Origin: Tepidisphaeraceae bacterium | Lineage (GTDB): Bacteria > Planctomycetota > Phycisphaerae > Tepidisphaerales > Tepidisphaeraceae | Length of the DNA stretch: 24,000 bases | Assembly: GCA_965260985.1 (NCBI GenBank) | Contig: CBDHCE010000005.1 | Coordinates: 358,306 to 382,305, forward strand | Direction of reading: 5' to 3' | In this document: piece after piece, positions 17,652 through 24,000 of the stretch | Layout: every line of letters begins with the position of its first letter | How positions within the stretch are numbered: position 1 is the first letter of the stretch | The notes under the pieces: generated by a model | Database searches by the model: none | What the model was told of the DNA's origin: nothing | What the model saw: the letters and a program-made list of their open reading frames with translations, nothing else | Translations under genes and position numbers: made by a program

Positions 17652-17749
17652 GATAGCGGGTCGGTCGGTAGCGGGTAGCGGGGGAAGCGAAGGCAGGGCG
17701 GGACGATCCGCCGATCCCCTCTTCCCCCGCTACCCGCTACCCGCTACCC
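17652..17749. repeat. Palindromic element E flanked by GCTACCC heptamers
   Basis: 'ggtagcgggtagcgggggaag' (17667-17687) pairs with 'cttcccccgctacccgctacc' (17721-17741). The right side carries gctaccc x3 (17729-17749) and the left side has degenerate gggtagc copies. It lies in the divergent spacer between starts 17643 and 17804. Confidence 0.9.
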
Positions 17750-17803
17750 GCCAACTTTCCCCGATGCACGCCCGGCCGCGTTCGCATAAAGTGCCGACCG
17801 CAC

Positions 17804-19867
17804 ATGGCTATCTCCCCCGCCCGGCAGGGCACGACCAACCGCTTCCTGATCCTCGCCTCGGTGGCGGTGGTGGTGGCCGGCCTCTACCTGGCGCAGGAGG
17901 TGCTGGTGCCGCTGGCGCTGGCGGTGCTGCTGTCGTTCCTGCTCAGCCCGCTCTGCAACCGGCTGGAGCGGCTGAAGGTGCCCCGCACGGCGGCGGTGAT
18001 CTTCAGCGTCCTGCTCGCGGTGGCGGCCCTCGCGGGGCTGGGGTACGTCCTCTACGACGGTGCCCGCGGGCTGGCGGCGGATTTGCCGAAGTACCAGCAG
18101 AACATCACCGCCAAGCTCCGCAGGCTGCCGCACTCCGCCGGCGTGTTCGGCAACATCAGCGGCGCGGCGGAGGGCATCAGCAAGTCCCTCGCCACCACCC
18201 AGCCCGGCGACCCCACGACCCAGCCCGTCGGCGCCGGGGCGTCGATGTTCAACGTCCAGGCCGCCGTCCAGTCGGCCGTGGACCGCCTCTACGCCAAGCC
18301 CCTGCCCGTGCAAGTCACCGGCGAGGACGGCTCGCCGTTGGGCCGAATCTTCCACTACCTCGAGTACGTCCTGGGGCCGCTGGAGATCGGCTTCATCGTC
18401 ATCGTCTTCGTCATCTTCATGCTGCTGCAGCGCGACGACTTGCGCGACCGGCTGATCCGCCTCGCCAGCGGCGGGCAACTCGGCATCGCCACCCAGGCGC
18501 TGGACGACGCCACCACCCGCATCAGCCACTACCTCGTCGCCCAGGCCGCCATCAACAGCAGCTACGGCGCGCTGGTGGCCCTCGGCCTGCTGGTCATCGG
18601 CTACACCGTCGGGGGCGGGGCGATGTTCCCGAGCTTTCTACTCTGGGGACTCGTCTGCGGCGTGATGCGGTTCGTGCCCTACATCGGCCCGCTGATCGGC
18701 CTGGCCTTCCCCGCCACCGTCGCCTTCGCCGCCTTCCCCAGCTTCTGGGTCGTGGTGGCGGTGCTGGGCCTGTTCGTGCTGCTCGAGCTCCTCGCCGCCA
18801 ACGTCTTCGAGCCGTGGCTTTACGGCAGCAGCACCGGCATGAGCCCCATCGCCGTGCTGGTCGCCGCCGTCTTCTGGACCTGGCTGTGGGGGCCGGTCGG
18901 GCTGATCATCGCCACCCCCGTCACCGCCTGCGTCGTGACCCTCGGCAAGTACATCCCCCAACTGCAATTCCTCGACATCATGCTCGGCGACGAGGACGTG
19001 CTCAGCCCCCCGCAGCGGCTCTACCAGCGGCTGCTGGCGCTGGATCAGGAGGAGGCCACCGAGGTCATCGACGACTTCCTCGAGGACCGCCCGCTCGAAG
19101 CTTTGTACGACGAGGTCATCATGCCCGCCTTGGGCCTGGCCGAACTCGACCGCCACGAGGGCCGGCTCGACGACGACCGCCAGGACTTCATCCGCACCAC
19201 CATCCGGGGCATCGTCCAGCACTTGGGCGCGGATTACGACCCCGAGGCGGAATTGGAGAAGGCCCGGCGCCTCGCCGACCGCCGCCTCAAGGAGCAGGCC
19301 AAGGAACACGCCAAGGCGAACAAGGCCAACGCCAAATCGGGCCTGAAATCCGGCGGCAACGGCACCGCGGCCGTGCCCGGCAACAAGCGCCGCGGCAGCG
19401 TCGACGAACTCCCCGGCGAGCGGACGGGCGCGTCGCGCGTCGACCGCTCGGTCGCCGAGGCCATCGACGTGCTGATCCTCCCCGCCCACGACGAGGCCGA
19501 CGAGCTGGTGGGCCTGATGCTCTCCCAACTCCTCGCCCACCGCGGCTACCGCCCCCGCGCCCTCACCCAGGACAAGCTCGCCAGCGAGATGGTCGCGGCC
19601 GTCGAGAACCCCGCCGGCTCGATCACCGTCCTCAGCGCCCTCCCCCCCGCCGCCTTCGTCCACGCCCGCTACCTCGCCAAGCGGCTGCAACTCGCCCACC
19701 CCGGCCTGAGAATGGTCGCCGGCCTCTGGACCAGCACCGGCGACATGAAAAAGGCCAAAACCCGCCTGGAATCCGGCGGCCACGTCGAGGCCGTCACCAC
19801 CCTCGCCGCCGCCATCGAAGAGGTGCGGCAAAATGCGTATGAAATCGCGCCCGCCGCGTCGAAGTGA
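17804..19867 (+). CDS. AI-2E family (PerM/UPF0118) permease with ~290-aa C-terminal cytoplasmic extension
   Basis: The N-terminal part is multi-TM, with 'LYLAQEVLVPLALAVLLSFLLSPLCNRLERLKVPR' typical of AI-2E transporters. The remainder is hydrophilic. The competing 734-aa ORF in another frame is Arg/Pro/Gly junk. Confidence 0.85.
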   Translation: MAISPARQGTTNRFLILASVAVVVAGLYLAQEVLVPLALAVLLSFLLSPLCNRLERLKVPRTAAVIFSVLLAVAALAGLGYVLYDGARGLAADLPKYQQNITAKLRRLPHSAGVFGNISGAAEGISKSLATTQPGDPTTQPVGAGASMFNVQAAVQSAVDRLYAKPLPVQVTGEDGSPLGRIFHYLEYVLGPLEIGFIVIVFVIFMLLQRDDLRDRLIRLASGGQLGIATQALDDATTRISHYLVAQAAINSSYGALVALGLLVIGYTVGGGAMFPSFLLWGLVCGVMRFVPYIGPLIGLAFPATVAFAAFPSFWVVVAVLGLFVLLELLAANVFEPWLYGSSTGMSPIAVLVAAVFWTWLWGPVGLIIATPVTACVVTLGKYIPQLQFLDIMLGDEDVLSPPQRLYQRLLALDQEEATEVIDDFLEDRPLEALYDEVIMPALGLAELDRHEGRLDDDRQDFIRTTIRGIVQHLGADYDPEAELEKARRLADRRLKEQAKEHAKANKANAKSGLKSGGNGTAAVPGNKRRGSVDELPGERTGASRVDRSVAEAIDVLILPAHDEADELVGLMLSQLLAHRGYRPRALTQDKLASEMVAAVENPAGSITVLSALPPAAFVHARYLAKRLQLAHPGLRMVAGLWTSTGDMKKAKTRLESGGHVEAVTTLAAAIEEVRQNAYEIAPAASK

Positions 19868-19913
19868 GCCGTGGTGCGTGGATGGGGAGGAGGGGTGAGC
19901 GGGTGAGTTTCTG

Positions 19914-20037
19914 AGCCGGTGTCTGAGCCGAAGGCGAAGACCCGGGTTCTTCGCCGCTTGCGGCTTCGCAAAGAAACCGAACCCGTCGACGCCCCGAAGA
20001 ACCCGGGTCTTCGCCTTCGGCTCAGACGCCGGCTTGT
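19914..20037. repeat. Palindromic element C2, with half of a B-type element in its loop
   Basis: 'agccggtgtctgagccgaaggcgaagacccgggttcttcg' (19914-19953) pairs with 'cgaagaacccgggtcttcgccttcggctcagacgccggct' (19995-20034). The loop contains 'gccgcttgcggcttcgcaaagaaa', identical to the B2 arm. Confidence 0.9.
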
Positions 20038-20065
20038 TCCGGCCCATCTCAACAACTTAAATCCT

Positions 20066-20100
20066 CACGCACCACGCACCACGCACCACGCACCACGCAC
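20066..20100. repeat. Tandem heptamer array (CACGCAC) x5, the reverse complement of the array at 15464
   Basis: There are five exact units. The array ends 6 nt from the atpG stop codon (20107-20109). Confidence 0.95.
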
Positions 20101-20106
20101 CACCCC

Positions 20107-21084
20107 TCACTTCATCGCCTCCACGCCCCCCATGATCTCCGACAGCTCCGTCGTGATCTGGCTCTGCCGCGCCCGGTTGTATTGCAACTGTAGCGCCTTG
20201 CCCATCTTGTCGGCGTTGTCCGTCGCGCTCTTCATCGACACCATCCGCGCCACGTGCTCGCTCGTCGTGGCGTCCAGGAAGCACTGGAACAGCGCGCTCT
20301 TCACCGTCAGCGGCAGCAGCTCGTCCAGCAGGCTCGCGGCGTCGGGCGAAAACTCGTAATCGGTCGTGCCGGCGACGTGCTCGTCCGCCTTCGCCGCCTC
20401 GCGCGGGGCGGTGCTGAACGCGCCGGCGGCGCCCTGCGATTCGGTCTCGGCCTGCTCGAGCGCCTGCCGGTCGGTCGCCTCGGCGATGCCCGCCAGCGGC
20501 AGCAGCGTGATCACCTCCGCCCTCTGCGTGCCGGTGCTGACGAAGTTCATGTACGCCACGTGCAGCGCGTCGATCTTGCCCGCCACGAAGTCGGCCATGA
20601 ACGCCTCGGCCAGCCGGTCGACCTCGGCGAACGCCGGCTGGTCGCTCACGTCCAGCCGGCCGGCCATCTCGCGCTTCTGGAAGCGGAAAAAGCTCACCCC
20701 CTTCTTGCCGTTGACGTGCAGCTCGACGCCCCGGCCGGCCGCGTCCTCGTCCTTCAGGAACGTCTGGGCGACCTTCAGCACGTTCGGGTTGTACGCCCCG
20801 GCCAGCCCGCGGTTGCTGGTGATAACCACCACCGCCGACCTCCCGCTCGCCGGCGGCTCGCTGTCGGCCGCCGGCCGGCGCAGCAGCGGGTGCTCGACGT
20901 TCCCGACGCTCTCGGCCAGCTCGCGGACGAGCTCCCGCACCTTGGCGGTGTAGGGCTTGGTGCCGGTCGCCCGCTTGAGCGACTTCTGGAACTTCGCCGT
21001 GGCGATCATCTGCATGGTCTTGGTGATCTTCTTGATGTTCCGCACCGCCTTGCGGCGCTTGAGGATCGCGCGTGCTTTAGCCAT
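20107..21084 (-). CDS. atpG: F-type ATP synthase subunit gamma
   Basis: The N-terminus 'MAKARAILKRRKAVRNIKKITKTMQMIATAKF' and the C-terminus 'MKSATDNADKMGKALQLQYNRARQSQITTELSEIMGG' are canonical for gamma. ATG is at 21084. The 96-aa upstream extension in the ORF track is not gamma-like. Confidence 0.9.
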   Translation of the reverse strand: MAKARAILKRRKAVRNIKKITKTMQMIATAKFQKSLKRATGTKPYTAKVRELVRELAESVGNVEHPLLRRPAADSEPPASGRSAVVVITSNRGLAGAYNPNVLKVAQTFLKDEDAAGRGVELHVNGKKGVSFFRFQKREMAGRLDVSDQPAFAEVDRLAEAFMADFVAGKIDALHVAYMNFVSTGTQRAEVITLLPLAGIAEATDRQALEQAETESQGAAGAFSTAPREAAKADEHVAGTTDYEFSPDAASLLDELLPLTVKSALFQCFLDATTSEHVARMVSMKSATDNADKMGKALQLQYNRARQSQITTELSEIMGGVEAMK

Positions 21085-21139
21085 GCCGGCAGTGTAGCGT
21101 CCGGCGGGGCCTGTGGGTAGTCGCCGGGCCCCCGGCCCC

Positions 21140-21888
21140 ATGCGGCGGACGAACCGCGGCGGCGAGCCGCTGGCGGGGTCGAGCGTCCGCCGCAAGCTCT
21201 CGGCCCTGAGCTCGCTGTTCGACCACCTGCTGGAATCCAACGCCGTGCTCATCAACCCCTGCGGCGGGGTAAAGCGCCCGCCCAACGAGCACGCCGGCGA
21301 GGGGAAGACGCCCGCCCTCAGTGACCGCAACGCCCGGAAGCTGCTCGACGCGCCGCCCGAGAACACCCTCAAGGGGCTGCGGGACCGGGCGATCCTCTCG
21401 ACGCTGCTCTACCACGGCCTGCGGCGGGCGGAGCTGTGCAAGCTGCGCGTGGCGACGTCCACGAGCGCGGGAACTTCCGCGTGCTGCGGGTGCGGGGCAA
21501 GGGCCGCAAGACCCGCCACGTCGAGTTGCACCCGGCGACCGACCGGCGGATCAAACGCTACCTGGAGGCCGCCGGCCACGGGGACCAGGTGCGGGGGCCG
21601 CTGTTCCGGCCGGTGGTGAACCGGGTCGGCACGACGGAGAGGGCGCTGAACCCCAACAGCGTCTACCGCCAAGTCATCAGGAAGTGGGGTGCGGCCGTGG
21701 GCATCCCGGCCGAGGCGTTCACGACGCACTCGTGCCGGGCGACGGCGGCGACGAACGCGATCGACCACGGGGCGGCGCTGGAGGAGGTGCAGGGGTGGCT
21801 GGGCCACGCCGACGTGGGGAGCACCCGGCTGTACGTGCGGCGGTGGGGCGGCGGGGAGAAGAGCCCGACGTTCAAGGTCAGCTACTAA
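21140..21888 (+). pseudogene. Tyrosine recombinase/integrase, 5'-truncated and frameshifted
   Basis: Frame 1 reads 'VRRKLSALSSLFDHL...LRDRAILSTLLYHGLRRAELCKLRV' and contains the catalytic Arg. Frame 2 continues with 'GDVHERGNFRVLRVRGKGRKTRHVELHP...HSCRATAATNAI...WLGHADVGSTRLY...SPTFKVSY', giving HxxR, H and Y. One G is missing at about 21451. An in-frame stop at 21095-21097 leaves no room for the N-terminal ~60 aa. Confidence 0.8.
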
Positions 21889-22015
21889 GACTGCTCGCCG
21901 CCGGCCGATCAGCTAGTCACGACACTTGACGAGATATGTCATCTATGTCGCCCCAGACATCGCCAATAGCGGGAATTCCACGCGATGCTGCCACATTTTC
22001 TGCAGTAAGACATTA

Positions 22016-22402
22016 TCAAGTGACATCCTCCCTTTCATAAACTTCCTCAAGTAATGCAATAAGGTATTCGCGCTCACTTTCAATGACTCGTTCACCCAAT
22101 ACCGATCGCGCCTCAATTTCATCAATGGCCTGTCGCGAACTTAATACCATACCCTCAGGGCACGCGAGCTGAAATCTTGCTATAGTGCGGCCATTCTCTT
22201 CGTCATCCGCCCCGCTTCTCATCTGGTTTAAAATTAGATCGCGCCACTCGTCTGGGGTTAAATTGATGAAAGATTTAATTGCGGGTTTGGAATCGACGAC
22301 CTCCCGCAATGTGTACATGCATCCACCATCTGTTGCATATGCGACTGGCAGTTGCCAGACTAACAATTGAGGCCGTTTCTCAAGATCCGGTATATATCGC
22401 AT
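22016..22402 (-). CDS. Hypothetical acidic protein; candidate immunity protein for the upstream toxin tip
   Basis: This 128-aa ORF sits in low-GC DNA and starts 37 nt downstream of the GNAT-like ORF on the same strand. I recognise no motif. The call is by position only. Confidence 0.5.
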   Translation of the reverse strand: MRYIPDLEKRPQLLVWQLPVAYATDGGCMYTLREVVDSKPAIKSFINLTPDEWRDLILNQMRSGADDEENGRTIARFQLACPEGMVLSSRQAIDEIEARSVLGERVIESEREYLIALLEEVYEREDVT

Positions 22403-22439
22403 AAGGATTTACTACAATTTGAATTTTGTACTCTTGGTC

Positions 22440-23168
22440 TCATCCGCCGCTACAGGACGAAGTCATCTGTGCCGTGCGGGGATTATATGTATGAATGTCA
22501 TACCCGAACTTACCAAGTATCTTTGCGCGGGGTGTGTCAAGTATTGTTTTTCCAGCCGTTTCCAAAATTGCCTCATTCACGCCTCCAGGAACTCCTTCGA
22601 CGATTAAAGGGTTTCCAATTTCCGGAAGCAGCCTGCCGTAAAGCTCTGTGCCAAGCCCCATTCCTTGGAATGTCGGATGAACTGCAACACTATAGATTTT
22701 CCCATACGCGGCAGTTCCCCTCCCAGAAATGGTCCCAAGGTTGCCATAATCTACTGTGATGAGGCCCCTGACTTGACGGACGCTAAATTCCGCAGGTATG
22801 CCTGGGTTTAAAATAGGCAAACTGATTGGCGACCTTGCTACTGTTGCATCTGCGGCCGCGACGCCCGCCGCCGGAGTGCCTGCAATTCCGGCAACCGCCA
22901 ACTGCGGACGCCGCAGGGCGATCGCGCCGAAGGTGGCGGTGCCGGCGACCGCGGCGGCCTTGAGCGTGCCCTCCGCGTCCGCCCCACCATAGGCCGCACG
23001 GCCGGCACTCACCGCCCCGACGGAGCCGGCCGCGCCCGAAGCGAGCATTAATCCCCTCGCGCCGGCCAAGGGCGGAATGACCCCAATTGCCAGCACGGTC
23101 AGCACGTCGACGCCGTTCGGGTCCGCCACCGGCCGGCTGCCGACGTAGAGCGGGTGGAGCACCGGCAT
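22440..23168 (-). CDS. Rhs-associated C-terminal module: core-end remnant, Gly/Ala-rich hydrophobic region and GNAT-like domain
   Basis: 'LHPLYVGSRPVADPNGVD' is a degenerate Rhs core end. 'IYSVAVHPTFQGMGLGTELYGRLL' is GNAT motif A, with QxxGxG at 22667-22650. The ORF is in frame with the upstream Rhs ORF across a single TAG. G+C falls sharply 3' of about 22850. Confidence 0.6.
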   Translation of the reverse strand: MPVLHPLYVGSRPVADPNGVDVLTVLAIGVIPPLAGARGLMLASGAAGSVGAVSAGRAAYGGADAEGTLKAAAVAGTATFGAIALRRPQLAVAGIAGTPAAGVAAADATVARSPISLPILNPGIPAEFSVRQVRGLITVDYGNLGTISGRGTAAYGKIYSVAVHPTFQGMGLGTELYGRLLPEIGNPLIVEGVPGGVNEAILETAGKTILDTPRAKILGKFGYDIHTYNPRTAQMTSSCSGG

Positions 23169-23219
23169 GCCGAGGCGGTCCCCGATGAGGTACCCGCTCC
23201 GCTCGGTTTGACTCCAGCT

Positions 23220-24000
23220 CTACGTCCCTTCGACGTACGACGCCAACGCCGCGTTGTGCCGCTCGGCCAACTGCTGGTCCCACATGTATCTGGCCGTCTC
23301 CTCCATGTCGCTGGGGCCCCCGAGCCAAGTGACGTACGGCTGCGGGGTCGGGTCGATGTGGGGGCTGAGCACATCCTCTATATCGAACATCGAATGCGAC
23401 CGGCCTGACACCGGCTCGGAATCGCGCAGGTGTTCGGACAAGCCTTCGCCGGCCCCGCCGGAGAAGGCCCCGCCGGTGAGGTCCAAGCCCTCGCCGGTCA
23501 CCTCCAAGGTGCCGTCGGGGCGGACCCGCACGCCGGGGGCCAACTCCACGCCGGGCATCGGCGGCCGGCCCCCGCCGCCGCCGGAGGTGGCCTCGTAGGC
23601 GAGGCCGCTCGGGTCGATCCCGTTCACCGGGTCGTTGCCGGCGTAGCGGTACAGGTTCCCGTCCCCCGCCCCGAAGCCGATCGGGTCCTGCGTGACGAAG
23701 CGGCCCGACCCCGCGTCGTAGTAGCGGTGCCAGGCGTAGTAGAGGCCGGCGTCCGCGTCCCACTCCAGCCCGGCGAACTGGTGCCGCGGGGCGTGGCTAG
23801 CATCTGTCTGGCCGGTCACGTTGCCGAAGCCGTCGTACCGCAGGTGGTCCAGCGCGACGCCGCCGTTGCCCACCACGTCCCGAACGGTCCCCTCGCGGTC
23901 GGCCAGGTCCCACGCCACCCGGTCCGCCGCGGACGCGGGTTTGCCCGCCTCCTCGTCCGCCAGCGCCCCCGGCGTGCCGGGGCGGGACAGCATTCGGTGC
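23220..24000 (-). CDS. Rhs/YD-repeat toxin, 3' part (gene continues beyond the window end)
   Basis: YD repeats are present ('LRYDGFGNVTGQTD'). The Rhs-associated core end reads 'WHRYYDAGSGRFVTQDPIGFGAGDGNLYRYAGNDPVNGIDPSGL' (L at 23603-23601). It is followed by a 126-aa unrecognised C-terminal region ending at TAG 23222-23220. Confidence 0.85.
   Translation of the reverse strand, partial: HRMLSRPGTPGALADEEAGKPASAADRVAWDLADREGTVRDVVGNGGVALDHLRYDGFGNVTGQTDASHAPRHQFAGLEWDADAGLYYAWHRYYDAGSGRFVTQDPIGFGAGDGNLYRYAGNDPVNGIDPSGLAYEATSGGGGGRPPMPGVELAPGVRVRPDGTLEVTGEGLDLTGGAFSGGAGEGLSEHLRDSEPVSGRSHSMFDIEDVLSPHIDPTPQPYVTWLGGPSDMEETARYMWDQQLAERHNAALASYVEGT

Noticed and set aside
17638-20047. 734-aa plus-strand ORF (17638-19842) and 469-aa minus-strand ORF (18638-20047)
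   Set aside because: These are off-frame or antisense to the AI-2E permease frame, which alone gives transmembrane segments and family motifs. The alternatives are Arg/Pro/Gly-rich.
21889-22015. tRNA gene or att site next to the integrase remnant
   Set aside because: I could find no T-loop (GTTCRANYC) or cloverleaf arms by eye here or in 9195-9433. Only short, unconvincing direct repeats ('atgtc') are present.
21943-22125. 60-aa minus-strand ORF
   Set aside because: It overlaps the 3' end of the 128-aa candidate immunity ORF in another frame and has no supporting signal.
22783-23763. 326-aa Arg-rich minus-strand ORF and other overlapping ORFs in the Rhs region
   Set aside because: These are an alternative frame of the Rhs gene and the downstream module. 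The chosen frame carries the YD/Rhs core motifs.

Overview
This is a very G+C-rich bacterial chromosomal segment of roughly 70% G+C by eye. The source is possibly Planctomycetota, which is a weak guess from gene content only. The high G+C produces many long spurious ORFs, so I chose genes by recognisable motifs, G/C-biased third codon positions and Shine-Dalgarno sites. No database search was possible, and all product calls rest on motif recall. Left to right, the window holds: a partial hypothetical gene; a DUF4259-like gene, a hypothetical gene and a DUF2071-like gene (+); a HigB/HigA-type toxin-antitoxin pair (-); a DUF58 gene and a large four-domain M16 zinc peptidase (-); a hypothetical gene (-); malate dehydrogenase (+); and catalase-peroxidase katG (-). 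Next comes an organoarsenic cluster on the minus strand: a DUF2064-like transferase, arsM, a MIP channel and radical-SAM arsS. After it lie a secreted PLC/S1-P1 nuclease-like protein (-), an AI-2E permease with a long cytoplasmic extension (+) and a lone atpG (-). The window ends with a 5'-truncated, frameshifted tyrosine-recombinase pseudogene (+) and the 3' end of an Rhs toxin locus (-). Two things stand out. (1) In the Rhs locus, the Rhs ORF ends at a single TAG and is followed, in the same frame, by a degenerate second core-end motif and a Gly/Ala-rich hydrophobic segment. Beyond these sit a low-GC GNAT-like domain and a candidate immunity gene, next to the decayed integrase. This is my best candidate for an undescribed toxin/immunity module. 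(2) Almost every intergenic spacer is filled by long palindromic repeat elements of several related families. They usually start 2-12 nt after a stop codon, including both spacers inside the arsenic operon. Two composite copies, each a heptamer array plus a palindrome, lie in inverted orientation around a 4.3-kb block.
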